A stretch of DNA of 64,000 nucleotides from Mayamaea pseudoterrestris (taxonomy: Eukaryota): positions 186,001 to 250,000 of the forward strand of contig BROI01000010.1 in the NCBI GenBank assembly GCA_027923505.1. Direction: 5' to 3'. Positions 46,010 to 58,806 of the stretch are shown here, in pieces. How positions within the stretch are numbered: the first letter of the stretch is position 1; each line of letters starts with the position of its first letter. The notes under the pieces are model-generated. The model was given only the letters and a program-made list of their open reading frames with translations, had not been told where the DNA came from and searched no databases. The position numbers and the translations under genes were made by a program.

Positions 46010-47230
46010 TCACCACCGATGATGCTTCAAAATGAGCAGCGCCAGCAGCACGAAAATGGTCACACTCAGACACACAATGCACCGCAGCGGCCGCGCATTC
46101 CTTTGACTATTCTCCGCCTTTTCCAGCTGCTGGACACCCGTCTTGGTATGTTCCACGACGGCTTCCATGTTGTAGTCGATGCGATCCAAAATCGTGCCTT
46201 GGTCAATCACCAGTACGGCCAGTTCCTTGAAAATGGTGCCCAGCTCTTCAATCGATTGGGCAATTTTGGATATTTCGTGGTCGCGCGACTGCACCATGGT
46301 CGTCAAGTCGTCCACAACAACTAGTTGCTGCTGCGAAAAGTAGACGCCTTCCTGCGGTAGACTGTCAAAATTGTTGGACAAACCACCCGACTTTTGCGTC
46401 TGCACCTCCGCCAAGTACTTGCGCTGCGATTGGCGAAAGGCCAGCGACGTTTCCTGCAAGCGCTTGGCGAGACTGTTGTGATGATAATATAGTCAAGAGG
46501 AACAAAGACGGCAATGGTATGCGTCAAATGTTAGCTAGTGTCGTTTCGTTTTCCTTCTCCAGCATTCGTTGCAACTTTATCATCGACACAATCCACTCAC
46601 CTCTTTTGTATATTCGCTCCAATGGTAGCAGCATCATCGTCACCACTTAAACTACTCTGCCGCGTCGCCACTCCCACCGCCTGCAGCAATCGCTCGGCCT
46701 GCCGCAGCTGTTCCGTCAAGTCGAAAGTCGCTTGCTCGATGCGCTGCTCCATGTTTGCCAAATCCTTGCCAAAGACGGACCCGAGTCGCGTCGCGTGCAT
46801 GTGCTGCAGTTGATCCATGTGATTTTGAATTTCCACCAGCAAGTCTTCGACGGCTTGAACGTGCGATACCCATGTTGGTGGACTAGACGATATGTGCGAC
46901 AGTTGAATGTCGCCCTCCTCGGCGAGCGACAAGTCGTGCACGCCACCAGCCGTCAGCTTCTTGTAGGCGGGGTCTGCTAATGAAAGGAAAGAAAGCAACA
47001 AGAATATGTGAGTTGATGAATTTATATTGTATCATTCGTATATATAGAAGGCAGCAAGTAGTAATAAGTCATCGTTCATTGTTCATTATCAATTACTCAC
47101 CGGCAGGCCGCTCGTATGGTCGACCACTACTGTTACCACTACTAGCTCCACCCCCTCCTCTACGCTTCCGCAGTAAGCAGGCGGATCGTAGCTCCACAAA
47201 CTGGTTGGTCAAGTTGCGCGAGGCCGCCAT
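46010..47230 (-). CDS. STX16: Syntaxin-16/Tlg2; exons 47230-47101, 46976-46601, 46472-46010
   Basis: N-peptide ASRNLT..F, SNARE motif VIDQGTILDRIDYN and C-terminal TM; splice phases are consistent. Confidence 0.93.
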
Positions 47231-47461
47231 GGTGGAAGATGGATGGAAGAGTGCAAGACGATGGTGGCCGACGAGCGGTTGCATGTCGTATTCATTACCG
47301 ATGCGATTTTTAGTCGTAAGGATAACGATGCGACACGCGTTCCACTCCACTCCTACCACGAGAAAAAGCCTCATCTTATGCACTCTCTTCGTCTCTACTT
47401 GCCGTCCAACTTCCTTCTACATTCTACTATATACATACATTAGACTTTTAATAACATTCAT

Positions 47462-48490
47462 ATGTTTTCCGCCAATGAGAATTTGTTGCTGCGCCAGCAC
47501 AAGCGTCGCGTCGTGGATTGGGTGGAGGCAAGCATGCCCGAGTCAATCTTGGATGTTGGAACAAGCACCATGGTCATGCAGGTTTCCTGCAACGAAATTG
47601 GATGCGTGCCGCTGGAAACGGTGATTATCGTCGTCTTTCCGAATGCTGCAAGCGAGTGTGACGAACTTAATGTGTTTCTCAGCGACCTGTATCCGTCGAT
47701 GGCGGCTGGTGCAAGCAGCGATAACAACAAGACTACAGCAGCAACGACTACTACTCCAAGTAACGCTACCACCGCCGCATTATCCTACAAGACCAAGATT
47801 TTGAAGCCACTCGCACAAGTCACGCAGGACGATGTTTTGGACGCGCTTCCGCCAGTTTTCAAAGGCGGCCGCAAGTCGTTTCGCAGACAAGCCTTGCAGC
47901 TACGCGACGCTACATTGGCGCAACTACATCAATCAAGTGACGATGTGACTAGCAAGAAACTCTTGGCGCAGTATTTAATGACTAGTTTGCAGCAATACTT
48001 GGATCGTGACTGCTCATTGCCGGCATGGGGAGAGGAGTATGATGATGTTACCAAGGCGGACATGGAGGGAGTTGTTGCAGTAGAGTCGACTGATGCTGCA
48101 GACGCTGCGACTGCGAGCGATGTAGCAACGACGAAACAAGAAGAGGGGACAGCAGCAAGCAGTACGGAGAATGTCGTCATGAAGCGGCCCGTTGACGACA
48201 AATTTATCATGTCGCAGAGTACTGTGAATGAGTCGGTTTCGCCATCACTTTCAGCGACTGCTACCACTGCCTCGTCCAATCAGTCATCAAGCGCCAGCAT
48301 GCGCCGCCCACCAGCGCTCAATCGACGCTTGCAAACTATCTCGTCGTCAAACTCATTGTCGTCATCCACTCTATTGGCGCAACTCTGCGAGCGCGAGCAT
48401 GCGCCCGGTGTGCGACGGCCGGCATGTCCCTGCTGCGATCCAAACGATCCGGCGAATGCAGCCATCATGTATCAGTTAATGCAGCTATGA
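47462..48490 (+). CDS. Hypothetical protein with C-terminal CPCCDP motif
   Basis: 342-aa ORF with conserved-looking blocks MQVSC.EIGCVPLET and TKILKPL. Confidence 0.8.
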   Translation: MFSANENLLLRQHKRRVVDWVEASMPESILDVGTSTMVMQVSCNEIGCVPLETVIIVVFPNAASECDELNVFLSDLYPSMAAGASSDNNKTTAATTTTPSNATTAALSYKTKILKPLAQVTQDDVLDALPPVFKGGRKSFRRQALQLRDATLAQLHQSSDDVTSKKLLAQYLMTSLQQYLDRDCSLPAWGEEYDDVTKADMEGVVAVESTDAADAATASDVATTKQEEGTAASSTENVVMKRPVDDKFIMSQSTVNESVSPSLSATATTASSNQSSSASMRRPPALNRRLQTISSSNSLSSSTLLAQLCEREHAPGVRRPACPCCDPNDPANAAIMYQLMQL

Positions 48491-48503
48491 ATATATAAAA
48501 ATA

Positions 48504-48644
48504 ATGCAAAGTACAATGCCATCGTCATCCTCCCTCTTGGCGCAACTCTGCGAGCGCAAGCATGCACCAGGTGTGCGTCGGCCAGGCTGTATCTGCTGCG
48601 ATCCGGCCAATGCAGCTACCATGTATCAGCTCATGCAGCTATGA
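48504..48644 (+). repeat. Diverged duplicate of the upstream gene's 3' end forming an intact 42-46 aa ORF
   Basis: Aligns codon by codon to ~48359-48490. Confidence 0.85.
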
Positions 48645-48718
48645 ATATTATGTAAAATATTAGTTTAAGTTAAATGGATTGTAAGATGAAAAAGAGAAGG
48701 AAAAAGTACTTGCTCTCC

Positions 48719-50159
48719 CTAATAGTCGCCACTTGATTCAAACCGGTAGCGGTCGCACCCACTCACATTTGCCTGCGCATTCAGTGCGTTGCATCGCTCG
48801 TAAATCTTCGATACTTCAAAATCTTTGCTCGACACAAAGGTCAAGAGTGGGTGACCAAAGGCGCTGGCATAAAATTTTGCGGCCGAAACTTCGACAAACG
48901 GCATACATGGCCACCAGTGTTGCAATAAGACGCGCCACTCGCCGTGCTCCTTGCGCACGCCCACCAAAAGCATGGCAGATTGCTCCGACCATGAGCGACC
49001 AGCGTTACGAGCACTAATGTACGGGAAATGAGTGTCACTGGCGCTGTATGACACATCCATGAGGCGCTGCGGATCCAACTTAAAGTGACGCACCAGCGCC
49101 GGGCCGTGGTGCCTCAACAAACCAGCCAGTTGCGAGGCGCGTTCATCAACCTGCTTTTGAAATAAATGATCGTCATCATGGTAGCAATGGCTGTCGTGTA
49201 GATACATGTATTCGCCGGAAGCAATGGCTTGGAAACATTCCAAGGAACATCCCCCGCGCAAGTGCAAATAGTAGTGCATTTGGTGGCAGGTAAAGTGGCG
49301 CAAAGCATACTTGGTCATGTCGACAATCTCCAAGTGTTTGTTGCTGGCAGCGTTGTTGCTGTTTCGACACAAATACTCCTTGTAGGCGGCCAAAACGATG
49401 GGAGCGTGGATGAAGGAGAAAGTGCTGTTGGTGCTGGTGAAGCGTTGGCAAATGGCAAGGCCATTTGCAAATATATTGTAGCCACGTTCGCCATCCTTCA
49501 TACCGTACGTTCGAACCAAGGTTTCCATTTCCAAACTCAAGCCTACTGTTGCATCATGTACGGGAACGTCACCCAGTGACTGAAACAGTCGAACGGCGCG
49601 CTGAAACGGCTCCTTCGACTCGTCCAACAAATTGCTCATTGCCTCATTTCGATCGAAACCCCTTCGCTCTCTTGCCAATTGCTCAAAATGCATGCGCCCG
49701 TAGAGCGAGTACAGTACCAGCATTTTGTCTCGCAACAACTTGGGCGGTTGGCCGAGGCAAGCGTCAAAGCGATTGAAGGGTGTTTGCTTGCTGTATGACT
49801 CTGGGATTCCGCCGGCCACCAAGCTCTACATCGGTCAGCAAGTACCTTCCCCAGCCGTCGGCGCGAATGCGATCCTCCACGTCCAACTTGCTTGCCACGA
49901 ATCCATCCAAGTGAGGAACGTCACATTTCAAAAGGCGGCAAGTATTCATCATGGCAAGTTGTTCATCGTTGAATGATAGTAATTGCTCATCATCGTCACG
50001 CTCAAACGCCTGCTGCTGCTTTGTTAGAGAGGAAAACGAAGACGAAGAAACGTCGCTCGTCATCGTCAAGGAGGTGGACACATCTTGTCGCTGCATCGTC
50101 GTGCATCGCGTCGAAGAAGAAGAATATTGCTTGTGTTCTTGCATGTTAGGAGTTATCAT
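48719..50159 (-). pseudogene. Papain-like paralog, catalytic residues lost, frameshift near 49800
   Basis: Collinear with the 50553-51944 protein but split over two frames. Confidence 0.72.
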
Positions 50160-50552
50160 TGCTGCAATGATAAAATACACGTTGAATGAGCTTTGGGCTT
50201 TGATGCACTAGATCGCCTGCCGAATCGCGGAATCGGTTGTGATTCAGCGAACGGACGAATGATCGGTACGATGATCTCTCACTTTTCGAAATCACTTGGA
50301 GTGAATCAATACTCGTACTTGTCATGCAGCGGCAGCTCGTATGATGGAAGGATTGTTTTGCGTTTCTGTTTCGCCATGGCGAAGAACGCGGCAAAATAAG
50401 CGAAGCAGTGACCGTGACAGCAGTCACGAATGTCTATTCATTCACGCGCGTCAGCAGCTATTTCATGGTTACCAGTGCAACGCAACATATTGGAACCCAA
50501 TCGTGTTTCATATACAGCTATATACACTCGAAAAACCATGGCAACGGATTCA

Positions 50553-51944
50553 TTACCATTCATGTGCATCACTCCCGTCCAAATCCGCTTCCGCATACAC
50601 GGCGTTGCACGTCGCAATATCTGGACGCAGCGGAAACCCACTGCACATGTAGAACAGTAAGTCTGCCTGGCTCGAAACCAAGTACTCCGCCGACATTTCC
50701 ACAAAGGGCATGTTGGGCCACCAGTTTTGCACCAGCAGTCGCCACTCATGGTCAACGAGTCGAGCGCCAACTAACACCATGACGTGTTTGTTGCTTGCAC
50801 CGTTCCAGTTTATGACTGGCGTCGTATGTAGTCCATCCACCAATGCAGGCGCCACCAGGTCGGTAGCCGAGCAGGACGCAGCCACGTCCATGACTCGCTG
50901 CTCCAGGGTAAAATTCTTGATTAGGGCGGGTCCGTACTGCTTCAAATGGGCGAGTATGTCAAGGCTGGAAACGCCCGCGTCATTACCGCTGCTGTCATTA
51001 AAGAACCTACCGGCGCGGTATATCAGCACATCTCCACCGCGAATGGTTTGCAAAACGTCAAATGATTCTCCACCACTCATCTGCAAATAGTGGTAGAGCG
51101 CGGCGCTGTCAAAATGGTGCAACACCAGCTTGGTAATGTCCACAATCTCCAATAATCCGTTGCGCAGCTGTGGCAGACGACTAAGGTAATCGGTATACGC
51201 CGCCATGACGATCGACCCATGCAAAAAGGAGCAACGATTCGAGCGGAGGACGCGCTGACACATGGGTATGGAATGGCCTTGGAATATGTTGAAACCATTT
51301 GTCGTACTTTTGTCCATCATGCCGTAGTTGTAAACGAATTCCTGCAGCTCGAGAGTGATTGCTAGTGCTTTGCCCGGTACATCGCCTTGCATCCGAAAGA
51401 GATGACACGCTCGTTCGAAAGATCCAGTACGTCTTTCCATGACGGGAATTCTCGAAAAGCGAAACGCCGAACTGGTATTAAGATGCGCAATATCGTCTCT
51501 TCCATAAAGTGATATCAGTACCATCATTTGGTTTTTGAGAAGCTTTGGTGGCCGACCAAGGCATGCACTGAATCGATTCCGCGAGAATATTGAATTGACA
51601 GCACGGCTGCTTGCTCCCTTGAGCTCCAAGTCAGTCAAAAGGCAAATTCCCAAACCATCAGCGCGAATAGCTTGTTCAACTTGCTCTTTATCTGCAATCA
51701 CTCCCTTGACTCGAGGAGAAAGGCAGCCAAGCAATTGGCATGTTGTTTCCATTGGCAGTGGCTGATAACATTGCAGACGCTGCGTGTTTTCGAATAGCTG
51801 CAACGTGGAGTTGATGGCCGAATGTTCGTCAGTCTCTTCATGGATCGGCGCATTCGCCAACGACGACACAACATGAAGACGCTTGGTCACTGTATTCGAC
51901 GCCATGCCCAAACAGGACATATTATGCTCGGGAAGTCCACTCAT
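50553..51944 (-). CDS. Papain-like cysteine peptidase family protein
   Basis: Motifs QR...NRCSFLH, HVMVLVG and QNWW give the Gln/Cys/His/Asn order of clan CA. Confidence 0.72.
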   Translation of the reverse strand: MSGLPEHNMSCLGMASNTVTKRLHVVSSLANAPIHEETDEHSAINSTLQLFENTQRLQCYQPLPMETTCQLLGCLSPRVKGVIADKEQVEQAIRADGLGICLLTDLELKGASSRAVNSIFSRNRFSACLGRPPKLLKNQMMVLISLYGRDDIAHLNTSSAFRFSRIPVMERRTGSFERACHLFRMQGDVPGKALAITLELQEFVYNYGMMDKSTTNGFNIFQGHSIPMCQRVLRSNRCSFLHGSIVMAAYTDYLSRLPQLRNGLLEIVDITKLVLHHFDSAALYHYLQMSGGESFDVLQTIRGGDVLIYRAGRFFNDSSGNDAGVSSLDILAHLKQYGPALIKNFTLEQRVMDVAASCSATDLVAPALVDGLHTTPVINWNGASNKHVMVLVGARLVDHEWRLLVQNWWPNMPFVEMSAEYLVSSQADLLFYMCSGFPLRPDIATCNAVYAEADLDGSDAHEW

Positions 51945-52686
51945 GGGGTCTACGCTGATTGTCGAGCGAATTTTCCCTATTGTTTTTGTTGCTGTGTGAT
52001 CGATGAGTACGATGCGGTTGGTTTTTGATCGCAAGAAGAACGGAACGAAACGTGTCCGCGGGCAAGTTTGAAGAAGCTGTATGCCGGCGTACGAATGGTG
52101 TCTTTTCACTTGTGCGCTATGCTAGCTACCACGTCATCTACCAGTTTTATATGTGCTGCGAAGGTGAACTTGTTGAAGGCAAACCAAATATATTTTTGTC
52201 GTCTGTACCTTATATAGGAACCCAGATGTGTTTATGCCGCTGGAATCTCGCTCAAAATAATTGTTTTTCTTCGCGATCATTGTTGCGATACAGTATATGG
52301 CGCCAGCTTGATCCATTGTTTCATATTATGTGCTCCTGCGTCTAGATTAGCTTTGCTGGAATAGAAGTATGTCTTTTCGTTGTTCCTACCGAGAAAGGGA
52401 ATCGACCTTACTGTTAATATCGATGCAATCGCCAAAGATCTTGCAATCGTCATCCGTTCAGTCGTGTAGAATGTCCTCCTGGTACTAAAAACGCGCATGT
52501 AGCACAGCCGCCAAACGTGCATTGTTTGAACTGTTTTGGCGATGGATCGATCGATGCCGCATTTTGCGGAGATTACGGTAGCACCTCACCTCTCGCTTCA
52601 TCATCCTACCATCAACCACCCCTCTTGATTCATCACAAGGCAGCATTTTATTCAAAACTTAGATCAATTTGCTGGTCGTGGAAACT

Positions 52687-54328
52687 ATGTTCAAATCCGC
52701 TTCCTCCACATCATCATCGTCTCCATTTTGGAACATTACCAGCGTCTTTTCGTCCACCACCACCCAAAGTGGCAACGAAACCGACTGCGACGCCAGCACA
52801 ACCGTCGACGGAAACACTGGACACGAAATGATTGATAGGACGCTATCGCAAGTCGAAGGCGGTTTGCTGACCAAGGACTCTTCCTTCTTGTGCGCTCCCT
52901 ACAAGGCGGAACTCTTCCAGCAACAGATGGACGACTACGAGCCTGGTTCCAATCGACGAACGGCAGTCATTAGTGCGCTGCAAGACTTGGGCGTCAAGGT
53001 GTTCATCATTGATTCCGTCAGTACGCCAAGTACGTGCGACGTGGTCCATCACGTGCGTCGCGTCGTCAACTACATGGCGCGCGAAAATTGGAACGGAGGC
53101 AGCAACGTGCAGTCGTCGTCCAATTCCACGGCGAATACAGCAGCGACATGCAACGGGCCGTTACTGGGATACCAGCGATGCTTGCTCTATCAAGATAACC
53201 AAGGACGACTCTTCAACTTAATTTTGAGCGAGCATGCGATTGGACCCGTCGACCAATTTGTTCAATACTGCAACCGGTTCAGCAACATGGAGGCAGTCGT
53301 TGCACTACTGATACTGGTACGAACTCTTCCATCCGCTCGTGACGCTGTATTTTGCGATTCCTTCCAGCCAGCGCTACTGGCGGCAGTGCTTGGCTTTGTG
53401 CTGCGCGAGGAAACGAGTTTGTCGTGGCTCAACGTGACAATGATGGTGCGCGCCGCGCCATCCGTTTCGGCGGCACACTCACTCATGGGTATGCCAAGTC
53501 GAGACGCCATATATAAATGGACGCTGCTGTGTCTCGTGTTGGCTGGAGCAATACAGGGCACGCCGGCGCAAGTACTGTTATTCATGGGAATTACTGGCGC
53601 CTGCATGATGCTACTCGCCAACCTTGGCGCACGCGCATGGTACAATCTGCAATGGCAGCCGCAGCAATATGATGGCTTCGGAGCTTTCGTGCTGGCGTAT
53701 GCAACCGCCGTGATGGCTGGCATCATGGTGCCGTTCATGGCGCATCGAGACGTTCGTACCGGTGGTCGCGGGGCAGTGGAACATGTGTTGGCAACGTCGC
53801 TGGTAGTGGCTGTGGTGTTTACCATCACAAGCGTCACTCAAGTGCAGCAGCAAATACTTGGAATGAGTCATGTAAGTAGTATCAGCGCCATGGTTGGCTT
53901 GGCAATCAAGTACATTACGTGTGTCCCACAACCATATGGCTCACTCGAACTTTCTTCCGCAGACGTCAACTCAAAATGCTGTCAACTTGACGGTGGGTAT
54001 TTGGTGGCTCGTCACCGTCATGTGGTGTCTTTTGCTCGCCGCCGGTCGCCGCTTTCAGGACGCCAAACCTTTCGACTCGGAACGATTCCTCGTGCCGCAC
54101 CACTCATCGCCAGCTGGATACAAGGTTCCCTGCTTGCCCGACTACGAAATTGATCCAGCACTGGCCCGCATCGGAAGAATGTGGTTCATGCCGCCTTGTT
54201 TCCAACTTGTGTTCAGTTTGCTAGCGGTTTGTATCGTCGGAAGCGGTATGCTATGCTTGGTCTACTCCAACTGGGACGAGACAACCGCAGACCAAGTGCA
54301 AAGTACATTGAACGCAAATGATTTGTAG
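52687..54328 (+). CDS. Multi-pass membrane protein, unknown function; intron 53872-53962
   Basis: GTAAGT...CAG intron joins two hydrophobic ORFs in phase. Confidence 0.78.
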
Positions 54329-54349
54329 CAATACATATATATTAATTTA

Positions 54350-54399
54350 TACACTGATGCATACGTAATAACATTACACTGATGCATACGTAATAACAT
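54350..54399. repeat. Perfect 2 x 25-bp tandem duplication in the 3' UTR
   Basis: tacactgatgcatacgtaataacat occurs twice. Confidence 0.92.
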
Positions 54400-55017
54400 C
54401 AACAAGGTTAATCTCAAATAGAAAAGAAGTACAAGCTGCTTTATGCAACTGGGTTGAAACGTTTTTGTTTCTGCACCGTCACACCTTGATCCACTCCATA
54501 ATTGCGCGCGTCTCCCGTTTTTACAGCCGGCAATTTTGTCGGCGCATCAAGTCAAGCGTCATGGTACTCCATTATTTCCCATACAATCAAGACGTGTATC
54601 TACGGAACCTGCAAAAAATGGCAATACGAAGCGGTGTGAGCAAAATCTGTCACAACGAACAACCATTATTCATATCAAAAAAGTCGCATCAGTGTTAAAA
54701 AGCTCGATTTCATGTGTCACCATTGCAAAAGAGCTCAGACCCTCAGGATAGAATGAAACATTGTCATCATCAGCGTTGTCTGTCATGCAATCTTTCGCCA
54801 CAATCACTACTTACTAATGTGCCTTGGTGTTGATTGTCAATTGACATCTGTTTCGATAACCCTTTGTAGAGACAATGCCTGCTAAATCCGAACATGCGTC
54901 GCCAAGCAAGTCCATTGCGATTGTTTGATGGCTCATCTCCTACGTCATGCCAGGTATTTGCAGCTCATGGGAAGTAGGTGCAGTTGATGGCAAACGGCGG
55001 AAGACCGAAGAAAGGCG

Positions 55018-57255
55018 TTACTTCATCGAGACGGAATACGATCTACCACCAGGGTTGTGAATATTGGTAGTACTCAGCATTTCTCCGTTTCGATGAACTG
55101 CCAACGCCCACTCGTACCATACTTTGGATTGCTCAAGACTCTGTTTTCGCCACAGATACACTCGAACACTCGCCCCCGCCGGAACAAGCAGCGGCTCGTG
55201 AATTGGAAAATATAGTGGAAACCAAGAGAACATGCCAACAGAAAAGTTGGTAGGCGCAATGGAGATGCAGCTGGTGCCTTGTCCGTTGCGACCCGTGTAC
55301 AAATCCGCCGAAAAGGTACCTAGCAAGCCAGTGCACGTCCATGACAAACCACATGATTCACTATCGTTCATTGTGGTTGTCGCGTTCAAATTTGCATCAA
55401 CGTGACCGTAGCCACTCCCATATCCACAACCACCATGACTCGCAGGTTCAAAATTCAACACACAGTCGCGATCATGCAGCGCCGACGGCAACGTCTTACT
55501 TGACGATGGATGCTCAAACACCCAGCACTCTTGCTCCGCACTCATTTGACTACACGCATGCGTTCGCACCACATATGGCGTCTCCATGGCCTTGACCATT
55601 CCAACCATGTTGGTCACGTGTTCGTTTGGATACAAGGCTTGCTGCTGCGCCTGCGCGTGCAGCTTGGCGGAATTGACCAGCGCCACATAGCTCGTGTAGC
55701 GACTCGGAATGGAAATGGTACTTGGTTGGCAAACAGCAGTCGCGTAGAACGAGTCCAAGCATTCCGGCGACAGCTCATTGTCGCCAAAGCTGCCAAGTAG
55801 CTCACTCACGACAATGTCGGCACGTTTGCCGTGATAAGACTCCAGCGTCACGTTCCGCAAGTCGGATGGCACAATCACCAGGTTACCGCCCGCGGCATAT
55901 TTCTGCCACTGCGGATCAGCTTGCGCCCTTGATTGCAGTATCAAGACGGCCGACGGATTCTTTTCCACCACGACGATGTTGAGCTGCGGAAAAAACTTGC
56001 CACTTGTAATTTGGTCGAGCGACTCGAAAGCATCCATGACGGCCGTTACGAGCGGACCGCGTCCCGCACCCACGACAAAGACGGTCACTTGCTGTGGCGG
56101 CGAATTATTGTTGTATATAATCAAATCTTGCAGCGCCATGTATATAGCTTCTTGATACTTGACATACTTGACTGGATCGCGCTCAAAGGTTTCGTACGTT
56201 TCATAGTCCAAATGGTCCGACAGCGGCTGCAGCGGCTTTTGCAGTCGATCCAAGTAGTTACATTCCATGCTTGCTTCCGGCGAGTCGCACGCAGATACGA
56301 CACTTGATTGCGATCGCAAGTGCTGCAAGTACTGTCGATACGGGAGACAGCCCGTGGCGCCTAGCGCTTGCGGAAGGTTGCTCAGTGACTGCGTATGAAG
56401 ACTCGGTCCAAACAAGATAAACTTGACGGTCCGCCCAATGCGCGTCAACGTGTGCGTCACGATTACTTGATGCAGCTTGGCCAGGGTGGGAAAGCCCTTG
56501 CGGTTCGTGAGAAACAACTTGGTGGACAATCCCACGGCAGCCACTGGTTCGCCCAGAAACACGTGCAAAAGTCGCATCTGTGACGCAAACGAGTCTGCTG
56601 TTGCTGCATTGTTCCCATTGCCTCCAATCGGCTGCAGTTGCAGCAATATTTTCACGTTGGAATTTCGTCCCACTAGTTGGTAGAATAACTGCCAGTCCTG
56701 CAACCCTTGCCGCGTGCAAGGCACGGGTACCCAGTACTGCATGGATGATGATGATGATTTCGTCGTGACGTTGCCTAGACGAGATGCGTACTGATGAATG
56801 AGTAACTCGTGATGAGATGTTGCGCTCATGCTTGCTTCGTCAATGTCGGTAACCATGGTTTCAGTATTACCATCGGTTGTAGTAGTACTGTTACCGAGCG
56901 AGGGCAATATGACGGCAGGCAGCTGCATGTGGTGGCAAAAGTCAAATGGAGTCGAGTCGTCATCGATGTACTTGCTCCACATATTGGTAGCATTGTCATG
57001 GTCCAAGATTCCCACCACGTTGCTGCGCCACCATTTCGCCGAGAGCGCGAGCACGTCGGATCGCGTTGTAATTTTATTGTCATTGTTATTCTTGTTATTA
57101 TTCACATTATTGCAAACGCCCGTCGTGATAAAGTCAAAGCCATCAAGTTGCGCCTGCTTGAGGCTCGCCGCAGCGTCGTATTTTAAGTCGTGGAGACACA
57201 AGCCAATGGAGAGCGCGCCGGGAGTAGTAGTAGTCAGTTCAGTGTTAGAAGACAT
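55018..57255 (-). CDS. PRMT5: Protein arginine methyltransferase 5
   Basis: Motifs FLTNRKGFPTL, PLQPLSDHL, VVGAGRGPLV, SELLGSFGDNELSPECLD and GMFSWFP. Confidence 0.97.
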   Translation of the reverse strand: MSSNTELTTTTPGALSIGLCLHDLKYDAAASLKQAQLDGFDFITTGVCNNVNNNKNNNDNKITTRSDVLALSAKWWRSNVVGILDHDNATNMWSKYIDDDSTPFDFCHHMQLPAVILPSLGNSTTTTDGNTETMVTDIDEASMSATSHHELLIHQYASRLGNVTTKSSSSSMQYWVPVPCTRQGLQDWQLFYQLVGRNSNVKILLQLQPIGGNGNNAATADSFASQMRLLHVFLGEPVAAVGLSTKLFLTNRKGFPTLAKLHQVIVTHTLTRIGRTVKFILFGPSLHTQSLSNLPQALGATGCLPYRQYLQHLRSQSSVVSACDSPEASMECNYLDRLQKPLQPLSDHLDYETYETFERDPVKYVKYQEAIYMALQDLIIYNNNSPPQQVTVFVVGAGRGPLVTAVMDAFESLDQITSGKFFPQLNIVVVEKNPSAVLILQSRAQADPQWQKYAAGGNLVIVPSDLRNVTLESYHGKRADIVVSELLGSFGDNELSPECLDSFYATAVCQPSTISIPSRYTSYVALVNSAKLHAQAQQQALYPNEHVTNMVGMVKAMETPYVVRTHACSQMSAEQECWVFEHPSSSKTLPSALHDRDCVLNFEPASHGGCGYGSGYGHVDANLNATTTMNDSESCGLSWTCTGLLGTFSADLYTGRNGQGTSCISIAPTNFSVGMFSWFPLYFPIHEPLLVPAGASVRVYLWRKQSLEQSKVWYEWALAVHRNGEMLSTTNIHNPGGRSYSVSMK

Positions 57256-58806
57256 GCTGTATCGTTATGTATGGCAGCGTGTTCTTTGAAGTATGGCAAC
57301 TGTATACGACAAGTATAAGCTTGATGCAAGAGCGAACGAAAGGAAATGCGAATGGATGGCTTGGATTTCGCCAGTACCGGTACGATGCTAACCAGTCCCG
57401 ATACGACGCGATTCTTCGTGACGAAACGAACGAAAATGGCATCGTCAGCAATCATTCCAAGCATCACTCTGTCGACCGTCATATCATTGACCAAGCCTAC
57501 AGTACTACCCGCCCGGAAATTACGCCGCATGAGTTTCATCGCATCATGAACTGACAAGGAGTGTTGCATTCCCGCGCGGGAGCGACAGACACACACTAGC
57601 CCGCGACGCATTGTTTGCACCGTAATTTTGGCATTCTCATGTATTAGTCGCCAAGAGATCTTGGCGATGTGGATCGTCTGCATATTAAACGATCGCTCTG
57701 ATGATGTCTCTTACATTTGCTTGGTGCATGGATGTTTTGCTACATTGCCAGGATTCGGCAAAAGGTTACGACGGCGTCACACGTACGCGCGCGCACATTG
57801 GCGCGTCCGCCACCACAATGCGCTGCACCCATCGTCCCGCCGCCACCATCGTCCCGCATGATCTTGATGTAACTCGACATTGATCCAGCAATGGAATCGT
57901 TTCTCGGTCGTCTCCTGCAGATGGAGCCCGCGTGTCTTTGGGTACGTACGTTACGATACGATACGATGAAGCGTCATTTTGACGGCAATGACGACAAAGC
58001 TAATGCTCTTTTTCCGACACACGCTTTCATTTCCAGGACATGGGCGCAAAAACGTCGCAATAAGCGCTTTGCCAACGTGTTGGAGATTGTCAGCGCGCGG
58101 CCCCATCGAGTACGCTCCTCCCGTCCAGCACGAGTTTGACATTTGCCGGTACGAAACGCGCCGACGGTTGGGAATACATGGAAAGCACATGTGTACTTGA
58201 GTCGTTAACATATGCCACCCATGTTGGTCTAGTAGCTGAAGTGCTTGATTTTCGTTGGCGGAACGACGCTCTCATTTGACGGCGCGGTGCGAAATCGCGA
58301 CTAAGATGAGAGCATGATGAACGAGTCGCCCGCACTCGACGACTAGAAAATGGCCTTGTATATTCTTCCAGCAAACATGCCCTTCGGACTGGATGTTGGC
58401 TACAAGTACTTGTCGATTGAGCCAAGTCCGCACGCAGTCGCAATGGCTGGAAGTACTATGATGGCCGTACCTTGTCAACACCAACTGGGACGAGACGACG
58501 CGGCAGCTCGCAAATGCGGACGATTGCAAGTCTGCGGGCAATCGTCGGTATGCTTGTGAGTATGAGCATTGGGCGCGCACGGAAAATATATGCGGACATC
58601 GCCAAAACGAACCCCAAAATGATACAGTGACACGATGGTCAATCCACCGTCTGCTCGCGGCCCGCAATTCAATTCAATACTTGAAACGACTGTCGTCTCT
58701 CTCTCTCCAACCTCCAGTTTCGAACCCCGCAGCATCATCAACATCTCCACTCTCGGCTTTGAACTTGTCTTTATCGGACAAATGCTACAACGTTCGCTAT
58801 TCAGCC

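Noticed and set aside
57256..58800. Short ORFs between PRMT5 and the HA protein
   Set aside because: No coherent gene, repeat or RNA structure was recognised.
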